64,000 bases of DNA, from positions 287,678-351,677 of the forward strand of contig CAZXLF010000002.1 in assembly GCA_964642015.1 (NCBI GenBank), given 5' to 3'. Both the position numbers and the translations under genes were made by a program. The notes under the pieces are model-generated. The model worked only from the letters and a program-made list of their open reading frames with translations, searched no databases and was not told the origin of the DNA. The DNA is from an uncultured Planctomycetia bacterium (GTDB lineage Bacteria > Omnitrophota > Gorgyraeia > 2-02-FULL-51-18). The stretch's first letter is position 1; every line of letters begins with the position of its first letter. This document shows, piece by piece, positions 35,169 to 45,230 of the stretch.

Positions 35169-38100
35169 GTGATGAAAATAAAAACCCGCCTGATAGAGAA
35201 ATTATGTCTGAAAAGTGTCGCCGTTTCTTTGATCCTATCTTTTTCGTTCTCTCAGCTTGTTTGGGCCGTCGATGTGCGACAGATGATCCTGGATGCCGAG
35301 AGCTCATTTGACCAAGATACGCGCAGATCAGGAAATTTGACGCCGACGAATCTTACGACCGCTCAGACACAGGCCCAGACCACAGTTGACCAACAGCAAG
35401 CGCTGCAAGATCTGCAGAACACAAATTTCAGTCTCACCACCAAGAACGGGGATGTTCTCCAATACGTAGGGAATGTTTTAAACAAAGTACAGCGTCCTGA
35501 CGGTACTTTGCTGAACAATATACAAGTCGACGCCAATGGGAATATCACGAATGCCAACCTGAAACTTTCTGATGGATCTATTCAAATATTTCAAAATGGG
35601 CAGGTGATTGGCTACGGAACACCGGATGGAAACACGGTAGTTTATTCTGCCGGTCAAATTCAACAAGTCATATCCAAAACCGGCATCGTGACGAACTATT
35701 CCTATATCAAAGATTCGTTGGGCAATGTTATCGAGACAGATCTGGATAATACTTCCTATACCACTAAATACGACGCCAATAATAAGTTGAAAGAAGTTTA
35801 TGATAAGGTAGCGGGTTCAAGGACTACCTACACGAACGGCGTTATCCAAAAAACCGTTAAATCTGACGGAAGCCAGATCCTTTATAATAGTGCGGTCCAG
35901 CCCAATGGTGATATTATCGTCACACCCCCCAATTCCAATTCAAGCACTTATACCGATACCCAGGGCAATATTTTCACATTTATTTCCGGCAACGTTTCAA
36001 CAATAAAGCTTAAAGATGGATCTATTCTCGATAGCATTGTTTGGGACGCTTCCAATGCTGTTCAAAGTGCGAACCTCACGGCGGCGGACGGGACTAAATA
36101 TGTTTATCAAAATAAACAATTAACTCGTTCGACCGATCCAACAGGCGTGGTTACTAATTACACATACACATCAACAAATATTGTCGTTGCTTCAGCGGGA
36201 AGCACATGGGTTTATGATCCGAATAAAAATCCGATCTCTTATACGGATCTTTCAGGAAATACAACGACCTATCTTACGTCGGGTGCTTTTAAGGGTTTAA
36301 AAGACAGGGATATCTTGTCAACAGGTCAGACTTTTGTTTATGAATATTCGCAGAATTCTTCCGGCGTTATCTCGGTGCAAAAAAGAGAAGTCCATTTACA
36401 GACGTACAATGTGACTACTTATTCGGGAACGGCTCTTTTGGCTTCAAATAATCCCTATCTTTTATTCGACGCGCGATTTGAAAATGACAATAGCTTTGAT
36501 CCCAAGATCAGCGCCAGCGCCACTGGCACCGGCAAAAGTCTGGCTGTAAACCTAGTAGCGGGATCTACGGGGTCTAGTTTTACTTTCAATGGAGTGGTCA
36601 CTGCATTAAATGTGTCAGTCGCGAAAGGCACGACTTATAACGTAGAGATACGTTGGGAGACAGGCAGGATAGGCATTTATGTTTATCCCAAAGGGACGAC
36701 CCGACCTTCAACTCCCCAGGGTATCGTGACGGATCGAAGCTGGGACCCCACATTTAAATTTAGCGGCCAAAACGCATATGTCGGGTATACCTATGATTCC
36801 GCTACGTGGCCTTGGAGTCAACGGGGCGCGTTCAGTGTGGTCACTACATCCAACGCTCAGAGTTATGCTTATCTTCCGGGAACTCCGGCAGAAAAAATCA
36901 CTCTGAATTTAAATGGCAGTTATCAAGCTATTTCATTGACGACCAAGCAATATCTATCCGGAATTTACAGGACTATTACGTTCGGTTGGAATGCCAGTAA
37001 TAGTATTTGGAACACAAAAGTATCCGACTGGAATTCTTCGACGAATGTGACCACTATTGTTTCTACCGGCACCGTGGCTCAGACGCTGACCTCGGGCACG
37101 GATTATGTGTTTGACCTTAGGATCGAGGGCGCTTACTTGAACGGTTATGTTTATTTGAAAGGGCAAGCCAGACCGTCTACGCCCACATTGTCGGTATCAG
37201 CGCTGAGCGCCTCGACGGATTACGAGGCGATCGTGTGGGGCTCCGCTTCTACCAAGACCGAGCTTTATAAAAATCTGACAGCGCCGACTTACTCAGCGGC
37301 TGCTTTTCAGGCGAAGCCGGTGACCGCTCTGATCGATACAGTTAAAAATCTTACGATCACAAAACCCGCGGCGCCATCTTCGAATCCTACGGATTATTCA
37401 TCTATCACTTACAGTTCGGATTCAAAGATCAAACAAATAGTCAAGACCGACAACTCAAAATATATTTTCCAAAACGGCCTTTTAACGCAAGTGCTGGATC
37501 CTTCCGGAAATCCGACAAATTTCAATTTTACCCAAAGCATTTTTTCTAACATTACCGGCTCTGAGATTGTTCAAAATAATCTGGATTCAAAATATGACGG
37601 TTCGGGTAATCTGTCGCAGATAAAAATTAATGACATCACGATCCATTACCTGCCCGGCTCGACTCAGATCGATTACATCGAGAAAACCGACGGCACTCAG
37701 CTTCATAATTTGGTTTTCGATGCCTCGGGCAATATTATAGGCGCGGACATCACCGCGCCAACGGGGGAGATAAGAAGTTATCAAAACGGCCAGCTTATTG
37801 ATCTGACGCAAACGGATAATTCGCAGATCTTTTATGCGAATGCCAAACCTTTGAAGATAGTCACGCCGGATAAGCTGACTTACAATTTCGACTACACGAC
37901 GCCGAATATCGTTCAAGCGGTCTTGGATCCCTCGATTGTACCCTCCGACGCGCTTACTCCGGTAAAGATGCAGTATGACACAAATTTTAATCTGACAAAA
38001 GTTATCCGGCAGAATAATCAGATCTTGAATTATTTAAACAATAGTTTGACCGAGATCGATGCACCCTCTGCGGCGCCGCAGATCTTTGCTTATCAGAAAG

Positions 38101-41100
38101 ATGCAAATGGGAATATTCTTTCTTACACGGTGACACAGGGGAACATAGTGACCACCTATGATCCGAACAATAATCCGGTCAGCGCTGTGGTTAACCCAAC
38201 GTCGGATAACCCTCATACGTTGGCAGCGGCTTATCAATACGGAAAGATCCGTCAGATCAAAAAGGACGGTGTTGTGACCTTCAATTATACTTATGCATTC
38301 GATGCGTCAAACAATGAAATAACACAGGTTGACGACCTGGAAGAAAACACTTTCAGAACTTATCAGAGCGGAAATCTTGTGACTTCGCTCGATAGGAGCA
38401 CCTCTTTATTATCCACTTACGTTTATGTCGGCGGTCAGGTTTCTCAGGTCCAGGTTTCACGCCTGGGAAGGAATTTGCATATTTACAATTATAGTTATAG
38501 CGGCGGAATGACGGTTGTGACGGACGACGAGGGAACGATCCGGACTTATGATGCCAATAAACAGCTTTTGTATCTTGAAAAGAATGGACAAAAATTCCAG
38601 TATATTTACACAACTTCCACCAAGACGAATCCTATAACGATACAAACCGTTCTGCCTGTGACTACGCTCAGTCAGGTTTCTCAAAGTACGGGCTCTAATT
38701 CCTGGCAGCAGTGGCAAGTCAATTCTTCAGAAGGTTCTTTGGGTATCGCTTCTTGGGGATGGGTGACGTACAACGCGACGCTTTCGCAGGCGTCGGACTT
38801 AAAAATAGAATTTGATTCCTCAAATTTCAGCGGCAATGTGCCGTCGGGGTATCAATTCAATCTGGACATCGCCGTTGACGGAGTATCAAAGACCCAATAT
38901 TGGACTCCTGTCGTTGTTGCCGGTTGGACGGCCAATTCATTAACGCTGACCGGTCTGAGCTCCGGTACGCACGCGGTCAAGATCACCTGGCTCAATGATT
39001 ATTACGTCGCGAATCAATACGATGCTAATTTTAAATTCCGTAATCTCAAGATGACGCAGATCAACACGACGACCACGACGACCAGTGACCCGATCACGCA
39101 AGAGAACTTGATCGAACAAAAGCTTTCCGACGGTTCGGTCGCTCATTATAGCAATGGGGCCATTTCTTCAATTACGAGACCGGATGGTTCAGTGATATCA
39201 GACCTTACGCTTGATTCGAACGGCCAGGTTACAAAAGGGACCGTCACTTTGTCTAATGGCATCAAAAAAATATTTAATGGCACTTCTATTTTGGAAGAGA
39301 TCGATCCTGATGGAACGCACTTTTATTTTTCCAATAACGAAATTTCCAAAGTCGTTGATACTTTGGGTAAGACATTCAATTACACTTACGACACAGATGC
39401 CGCCGGAAATGTGATAGATGCTTGGCTGGATTCCGGGAGCGGAGCGTTATTAAAATACGATCCGAACGGAAATTTGCTCGGGTTTAAACCGAATAATCTG
39501 TCTCCTTATATCAATGGTCAGGTGAGTTTCAGTGATTCAAGCAGTGCTCAATATGCGATCACCAGATCCGCAACCGCGCGTTTGGATGCCGGACTTCCTG
39601 TTTTTGGATCTGGCTCGGCTTATTTTGACGGAACAAGTTATCTATCGGTCCCGCATACTGGTGATTGGGATTTTGGGACAGGCGATTTTACGGTAGATTT
39701 TCAGGCAAGATTTCGCGATACAACCTCCACCCAAGCTTTATTCTCGATCGGTGATTATGCGTCCAATGGTTTGACGCTTTACTATACAAACGGGAATTTA
39801 AATATCCATATTAACAGTGCCGCCGTTAGCAAGTCCATCGCATGGACGCCCGTCCAGAACCAGTGGTATCACTTTGCTTTGGTGCGCACGGGCGCTGCCG
39901 TAAAATTATTCGTTAATGGCACTCAAGCCGGAACAGATCTTACAAATTCATCAAATATATCCGGTTCGGCAACCGGCGTATATATCGGAGCGCTTTACAG
40001 CGGCGGCACCGGAAATTATTTGAATGGAAATATTGATGAATTCAGGATATCAAAAGGTATCGCGCGTTGGACGTCCAATTTCACTCCGTCGACTCAAGCC
40101 TACACGGCGGATAGTAACGCAAAGCTTTTGCTGCATTTCGACGGTACAGAGGACAAATATTTTTATAAGTTCAATGTCCAGAAAGACGCTTCCGGAAATC
40201 TTACAGGATATTCTTTTGACGGAGCCGGAGGAAAAATGTCTTATGATGCCCAGGGAAATTTTATTTCTACGACATTGAGTTCTTCTGACCCCGGTCTGAC
40301 GTATTTTGCCGATTCCAGTCTGACCAAATATACCTCGATGCCCTTTGGGAATGTGCATCTGGATCCTACTCAATCTAAGCTGGGTTCATCGTCGGTGCTT
40401 TTTGACGGTTCAAGTTATATTGCCGTTCCAAATAGTGATGACTGGGACCTTGGGACCGGAGATTTTACGATAGACAGCTTTGTGAAGTTTAAAAGCACGG
40501 CCGGTACTCAGTGGCTTGCGCAGATCGGTAATTACAGCTCTCACGGGGTCGGTCTTTATTTTGTATCCAATACGATCTATGCGCATGTGACAAGCTTGAC
40601 CTACACCTTGTCGGCGGCCTGGACGCCCAGCGTAAACACTTGGTATCACGTAGCGTTGCTGAGAAGCGGATCGGCGCTGAATATCTACATCAACGGGGTG
40701 CAGCTCCCCGGAACGTCTAATTCGACAAATGTCACCGGAGTGACTGAAGGTGTCGGTGTCGGCGGTTCCAGCATCATGAATTCTTTTAATGGTTGGATGG
40801 ACGAATTCAGGATATCAAAAGGCCTCGCGCGTTGGACGGGGAATTTCACTCCGCCCACTCAACCGGATGTCGCGGACAGTTACACGAAACTTCTGATGCA
40901 TTTCGAGGATCAGGTGAGTGCGGATCTTTCCGGTATTTCGCAAAGCATGTCAGTCGTCAAATCGTCTACGATCACGCTGCCTTATAAATTGGTGCTCACT
41001 AATTTTTTGCCTGATGTGACCGCATGGTACGGGGATGCGCAGACGGCTTTACTTGATAACCAAACCGTTATAGCCAATGAATATTCTTCGGATGGCACGC

Positions 41101-44100
41101 TTCAAACTCAGACGAAAGCCGATGGGACTGTGACGCTATTTGACAATAACAAACCCTCCGAAGTTTTGAGTGCTGCCGGAGCGATCCTGATCCAATACAG
41201 TTATGACGCTGACGGAAATCCTTCGAGAGTCTATCTCAAAAATGCGCGCGACACCTTGCCGGAGGAGGTTTTAAAAGCCAAGCAATCCATCGAGCAGCAG
41301 CGCGCCTCATCTCTTCAGGCTCTTGCCGCTCAGAAAAATCTCGCATACCAATCGATCCAGACCCAAGTACAAGCTCAGAGGCAAGCGCTGCAGCAAAATC
41401 TAACCGATCTTCAAAATCAATATAATCAAGTCGCCAATACGCCCGCCAGCGGCAAAAGCGCCAAAAATGCCAGAGGCAATGTTTTAAATCAGATCGGCAC
41501 TCAAATGGATCTGGTGCGTTCCGCTCTGGTCACTTCATATCAGCAGGAGGCCGATGCCTATGCCGCGCTTGATGCGCAGGTGAAAGCCTCATCCGACAAA
41601 ATAGAAGCAGATTCACAGAGCGCTTTCACGGCACTCGCCACCCAAGAGGCGAATTTAAAGCAGCAGATCCTTCAGCAGGAAGTTTCGCCGATCGTTTATG
41701 ATTATTATCGCCGTTTGTTGGGCCGTGACCCTGCGACTATGGAATACAACTCTTGGATTGGAAAGGTCGATTATTCCTCAGGCAACACATTTGTAGAAGT
41801 AAAGACCACTGACGGCTCGCTCCTTACCGCGGCACTCAAGTCATCGATCAATTCTTCGCAGGAGCTCATTGACCGGCAGACTTACGTTCAAAATATCAAG
41901 AATGCTGTTACTTCATCGATCAACAGTTATCTGGCGATGACTCAAGCCAATCAACAGGCATTTGCCGCTTCGCTGGGATTATCAACGAACGACGTAATCA
42001 ATCTCACGTCGAGTGACGCCCAGAAAATTTTGACATGGCTTAATTCACGTTCGTTACATTTCGGACAGTCGGCTTTCTTATCTCTCGAATCACTCCTTGA
42101 CCAGAAGGGCATCACATATGACCGCCAGGATCTCGCCAAAAAATGTATCCTGGTCGATGTTCTCTCGGGAGTGATCACACCTTTGGATGATGGGGACCTT
42201 GTGATCTCGGTATTTGCGTTGAATAAAGTCGCCTCACTGTATGGCACGGGGCTTACCGCCGCCAATGTCAGTTACGACGATCTTTTAAGTTTATATGTCT
42301 CTCAGCCGACGGCACGCACGATCGCGCACATCAACGGTGATCATTTTGTGGTCATTACGGCTGTAACCAAAGACAACGTTACCTATATTGATCCCGGCAA
42401 AGGGGTGGATAAGCAAAATGAATCCGTGACGGTCTCCAAGATGGATTTTATGAAAACATTCAAAGGCAACGTGACTTTAGACAATTCAAAAGCGCAAGCT
42501 ATTGCGAATATTTCTTCCAAAACTCTATCGGTCGAACAGACTAAGAAGATCCGTGGAGCGTTTTTACCGCTTCTTATTGCAGCGATCTTCAGCGCGATCT
42601 CGTCCATTGGAAGCGCGGTTTTCGCGGTCGCCAACGGTATAGGGACTATCATTGCCGGCGTCGGCACGATTGTAAGCGGCGCTTTGAATGGCATCGGCCA
42701 GGCACTTTCTATTTTGGGGCAGAACCTGTCCTATATCGGCCAGGCGGTTTTTAACGGGATCAAATTTGCCGCGAGTACGATCTATAACCTTGGAAGTCAG
42801 ATCTTCGCGTCTTTTGCGGGCCAGACGCTTTTCCCGAGCTTGACGCAAGTGAGCTTCGGCAGCCAGCTTTTCCAGACTGCCGTAAATATTGGCGTTAATT
42901 TCGCCACGCAAAAAGGCCTTGATGCATTGGGCATAAATCCTCAGATCGCAAGTCTGGCTTCCGCATTTGTATCGGGAGGAACCGTCGGAAGTTTCAATAG
43001 CGGATTTAACGCGGCAAATTTCATCCAAAATGGGATCAAGACGCTTGCTTTAGTCAGTTCTCAAACACTGCTTCAGCGCGTGGGCCTCGACGCAAATCTT
43101 TCTTCAACGCTTTCTTTGATCGTGAGCCCGCTGGTGAATGGCATTCAGTCAGGGAATATCGGCGGTAGCCTTGTCAAAATAATCCCTGACCTGACAAAGA
43201 ATCTCTCGCTTTACGGAGTGGATAAATTAGGCACAAGCTTGGGTCTGGATGCGGGGATCTCATCCTTGGCCGGAGTTTCGCTGGTCAATGGGCTAAACGC
43301 GGCGTTTGGGGGAGGAACGAACGTTGGGCAGAGTGTTATCCAATCGATCCAAAGCGGACTAACTCAAGGCATCGTTCAATATGGATTGAATTTTGTAGGA
43401 AACTCAAACCCTATATTTGGTTCTTTGTTGAGTAGTGATATGGCTAAAAATATCGAGCTTGCGATTGGACGCGACGGATTATTTCAAACTGTATTCAATG
43501 TTCTCCAAAATACCGTATTGAATGCGGTGAATGTTGTTGGGGGAACGGTCCAATCGATCTTTACAGGCATCACTGATTTTGGTTCGCTCATCCAGCAAAA
43601 AGGTCTGCCCGGAGCTTTGCAGTATTATCTGAATTCCGTATTTAGTCGGAATACTCAAGAGACGATCCTGGCAGAAGGCGGGATACAATCAATATTCAAC
43701 AACACCGCGAAGACCGCGACTACACTGCCCGACGGAACAGCGGGTCAAGAGCTTAAGATCAGCGACTCGGCGTCATTGCTGTTTGATAATGCAGGAAATC
43801 TGAAAGGTAAAAAAGAAAACGGTGTTATTGAGTTAGGAACTTTCGGATTGGACTCTACGGGCAAATTTGGCCTTACAGCCGGACAGGTGACAGCTGTGTT
43901 GGCGCCGGACCTTAATTTAAGCGCACAAGTAAATGGCGGACAACTACAAACCGCGAGCGTCAAAGGTTCGGATGGGACTTCTGTTGTGGATATAAATCCA
44001 GAAAACACTAATCAACCGATTTATATCGAAGGCCCACAAACACAAACCTCAAACGCATCCCAGTCGTTTGATTTTTGGGGGGCGGTGTTGAAGCTTGTTC

Positions 44101-45230
44101 CGTATGGACTTTCTTTATGGTTAGGGGATGCTTCGGTCCAAGCTGCCCAGCAGACAGCTAGCCCTAATACAACAATACAGTCGATACAAGATTCTACTCG
44201 ATTAGTTTATGCGTTAGCCAATGGCATAGCGAATCCTAATAGTGACGAAACAAAAGCCCCAGACTATATACAAAATCTGGAGCAAAATCTTAAAAACCAG
44301 GGTAATGGTCAGATATCAGATTCAGATTTGCTACCTATTCCTCTTTATCAACATTTATTTCAGTTTACACATATTAATCAGAGCATAGATGCAATTAAAT
44401 GGATTATGGAATCGCAGGACCCGACAGTCCATGGAACGCTTGTGAATCAAGCGTTTGATAATCTACACAACTTCTTTTGGAAGAACGGCCTAGACCCTTA
44501 TTATATGCAACGGCCAATTGTGGGTATGGGATATTCAGGCGGATTTATGCCGCTCGTGGAAGCAATAGCAGCGACAGGGGGTATTTATAATTTCAAATCT
44601 CTAGTCGCCTTAGGTGCAGCCACCATTAGTTTGAGTCAAGACTTGGCAGACGCTGTCGTCAAGACCATTCAATATATTGAACAGGTCCAGGTAAGCGATA
44701 TTGCAAAAAACTTTGGTTTAATATTCGGTTCCGCAAGCAACATCATTCAGCAATTTATTAACGATGTGCAAAATAATTTAATTGACCCAGCGTTTACTTT
44801 GCTGGAGAATCAACTTGAAAGTATCACTCGGCAGAGCGACCCTAATAACGTTGAAAATTTACCAGATCTTTCCAATACGAATGTCCAACAGATAGTGAAC
44901 GTTTGGGGTACAAAAGATATCCTAGCTCAGACAGGTATTGGGGGACAAAAAAGCGCACTATGCGGACTATCAGGACAAAAATTAATTAATGTCGAAATTG
45001 TTGGCGCGACGCATTTTGACTATATGTTGCGCGGTGCAAATGATCCAAATCTACCAGACACTTGGAACTATAATGTAAGCAATTTTGTGACGGCGTTAAT
45101 TCGGAACAGTGATAATTCTAGTGATTTAAACGGATTCTTAGCTCAACAACAGAGTATAAATGTGACTTTTTTTGATAGCACACGCCAAGTATGGGTTGTT
45201 AAACTATCTGGCTGGGAGAGTCATCAATGA
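35169..45230 (+). CDS. Giant secreted multidomain protein (YD-like repeats, CBM60-like, 2x LamG, coiled coil, C39-like, alpha/beta-hydrolase tip); putative polymorphic toxin
   Basis: 3353-aa ORF; signal peptide ending VWA; YD/YxY..G repeats; two WDFGTGDFT...DEFRISKG domains; AHINGDHFVV/IDPG; GYSGG. Confidence 0.8.
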   Translation: MMKIKTRLIEKLCLKSVAVSLILSFSFSQLVWAVDVRQMILDAESSFDQDTRRSGNLTPTNLTTAQTQAQTTVDQQQALQDLQNTNFSLTTKNGDVLQYVGNVLNKVQRPDGTLLNNIQVDANGNITNANLKLSDGSIQIFQNGQVIGYGTPDGNTVVYSAGQIQQVISKTGIVTNYSYIKDSLGNVIETDLDNTSYTTKYDANNKLKEVYDKVAGSRTTYTNGVIQKTVKSDGSQILYNSAVQPNGDIIVTPPNSNSSTYTDTQGNIFTFISGNVSTIKLKDGSILDSIVWDASNAVQSANLTAADGTKYVYQNKQLTRSTDPTGVVTNYTYTSTNIVVASAGSTWVYDPNKNPISYTDLSGNTTTYLTSGAFKGLKDRDILSTGQTFVYEYSQNSSGVISVQKREVHLQTYNVTTYSGTALLASNNPYLLFDARFENDNSFDPKISASATGTGKSLAVNLVAGSTGSSFTFNGVVTALNVSVAKGTTYNVEIRWETGRIGIYVYPKGTTRPSTPQGIVTDRSWDPTFKFSGQNAYVGYTYDSATWPWSQRGAFSVVTTSNAQSYAYLPGTPAEKITLNLNGSYQAISLTTKQYLSGIYRTITFGWNASNSIWNTKVSDWNSSTNVTTIVSTGTVAQTLTSGTDYVFDLRIEGAYLNGYVYLKGQARPSTPTLSVSALSASTDYEAIVWGSASTKTELYKNLTAPTYSAAAFQAKPVTALIDTVKNLTITKPAAPSSNPTDYSSITYSSDSKIKQIVKTDNSKYIFQNGLLTQVLDPSGNPTNFNFTQSIFSNITGSEIVQNNLDSKYDGSGNLSQIKINDITIHYLPGSTQIDYIEKTDGTQLHNLVFDASGNIIGADITAPTGEIRSYQNGQLIDLTQTDNSQIFYANAKPLKIVTPDKLTYNFDYTTPNIVQAVLDPSIVPSDALTPVKMQYDTNFNLTKVIRQNNQILNYLNNSLTEIDAPSAAPQIFAYQKDANGNILSYTVTQGNIVTTYDPNNNPVSAVVNPTSDNPHTLAAAYQYGKIRQIKKDGVVTFNYTYAFDASNNEITQVDDLEENTFRTYQSGNLVTSLDRSTSLLSTYVYVGGQVSQVQVSRLGRNLHIYNYSYSGGMTVVTDDEGTIRTYDANKQLLYLEKNGQKFQYIYTTSTKTNPITIQTVLPVTTLSQVSQSTGSNSWQQWQVNSSEGSLGIASWGWVTYNATLSQASDLKIEFDSSNFSGNVPSGYQFNLDIAVDGVSKTQYWTPVVVAGWTANSLTLTGLSSGTHAVKITWLNDYYVANQYDANFKFRNLKMTQINTTTTTTSDPITQENLIEQKLSDGSVAHYSNGAISSITRPDGSVISDLTLDSNGQVTKGTVTLSNGIKKIFNGTSILEEIDPDGTHFYFSNNEISKVVDTLGKTFNYTYDTDAAGNVIDAWLDSGSGALLKYDPNGNLLGFKPNNLSPYINGQVSFSDSSSAQYAITRSATARLDAGLPVFGSGSAYFDGTSYLSVPHTGDWDFGTGDFTVDFQARFRDTTSTQALFSIGDYASNGLTLYYTNGNLNIHINSAAVSKSIAWTPVQNQWYHFALVRTGAAVKLFVNGTQAGTDLTNSSNISGSATGVYIGALYSGGTGNYLNGNIDEFRISKGIARWTSNFTPSTQAYTADSNAKLLLHFDGTEDKYFYKFNVQKDASGNLTGYSFDGAGGKMSYDAQGNFISTTLSSSDPGLTYFADSSLTKYTSMPFGNVHLDPTQSKLGSSSVLFDGSSYIAVPNSDDWDLGTGDFTIDSFVKFKSTAGTQWLAQIGNYSSHGVGLYFVSNTIYAHVTSLTYTLSAAWTPSVNTWYHVALLRSGSALNIYINGVQLPGTSNSTNVTGVTEGVGVGGSSIMNSFNGWMDEFRISKGLARWTGNFTPPTQPDVADSYTKLLMHFEDQVSADLSGISQSMSVVKSSTITLPYKLVLTNFLPDVTAWYGDAQTALLDNQTVIANEYSSDGTLQTQTKADGTVTLFDNNKPSEVLSAAGAILIQYSYDADGNPSRVYLKNARDTLPEEVLKAKQSIEQQRASSLQALAAQKNLAYQSIQTQVQAQRQALQQNLTDLQNQYNQVANTPASGKSAKNARGNVLNQIGTQMDLVRSALVTSYQQEADAYAALDAQVKASSDKIEADSQSAFTALATQEANLKQQILQQEVSPIVYDYYRRLLGRDPATMEYNSWIGKVDYSSGNTFVEVKTTDGSLLTAALKSSINSSQELIDRQTYVQNIKNAVTSSINSYLAMTQANQQAFAASLGLSTNDVINLTSSDAQKILTWLNSRSLHFGQSAFLSLESLLDQKGITYDRQDLAKKCILVDVLSGVITPLDDGDLVISVFALNKVASLYGTGLTAANVSYDDLLSLYVSQPTARTIAHINGDHFVVITAVTKDNVTYIDPGKGVDKQNESVTVSKMDFMKTFKGNVTLDNSKAQAIANISSKTLSVEQTKKIRGAFLPLLIAAIFSAISSIGSAVFAVANGIGTIIAGVGTIVSGALNGIGQALSILGQNLSYIGQAVFNGIKFAASTIYNLGSQIFASFAGQTLFPSLTQVSFGSQLFQTAVNIGVNFATQKGLDALGINPQIASLASAFVSGGTVGSFNSGFNAANFIQNGIKTLALVSSQTLLQRVGLDANLSSTLSLIVSPLVNGIQSGNIGGSLVKIIPDLTKNLSLYGVDKLGTSLGLDAGISSLAGVSLVNGLNAAFGGGTNVGQSVIQSIQSGLTQGIVQYGLNFVGNSNPIFGSLLSSDMAKNIELAIGRDGLFQTVFNVLQNTVLNAVNVVGGTVQSIFTGITDFGSLIQQKGLPGALQYYLNSVFSRNTQETILAEGGIQSIFNNTAKTATTLPDGTAGQELKISDSASLLFDNAGNLKGKKENGVIELGTFGLDSTGKFGLTAGQVTAVLAPDLNLSAQVNGGQLQTASVKGSDGTSVVDINPENTNQPIYIEGPQTQTSNASQSFDFWGAVLKLVPYGLSLWLGDASVQAAQQTASPNTTIQSIQDSTRLVYALANGIANPNSDETKAPDYIQNLEQNLKNQGNGQISDSDLLPIPLYQHLFQFTHINQSIDAIKWIMESQDPTVHGTLVNQAFDNLHNFFWKNGLDPYYMQRPIVGMGYSGGFMPLVEAIAATGGIYNFKSLVALGAATISLSQDLADAVVKTIQYIEQVQVSDIAKNFGLIFGSASNIIQQFINDVQNNLIDPAFTLLENQLESITRQSDPNNVENLPDLSNTNVQQIVNVWGTKDILAQTGIGGQKSALCGLSGQKLINVEIVGATHFDYMLRGANDPNLPDTWNYNVSNFVTALIRNSDNSSDLNGFLAQQQSINVTFFDSTRQVWVVKLSGWESHQ

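Noticed and set aside
35169-45230. Classical Rhs or CdiA toxin
   Set aside because: No PxxxxDPxG Rhs core end, TPS domain or VENN motif was seen, and no cdiB, vgrG or PAAR gene is nearby. The IDPG motif fits the C39 Asp strand instead.
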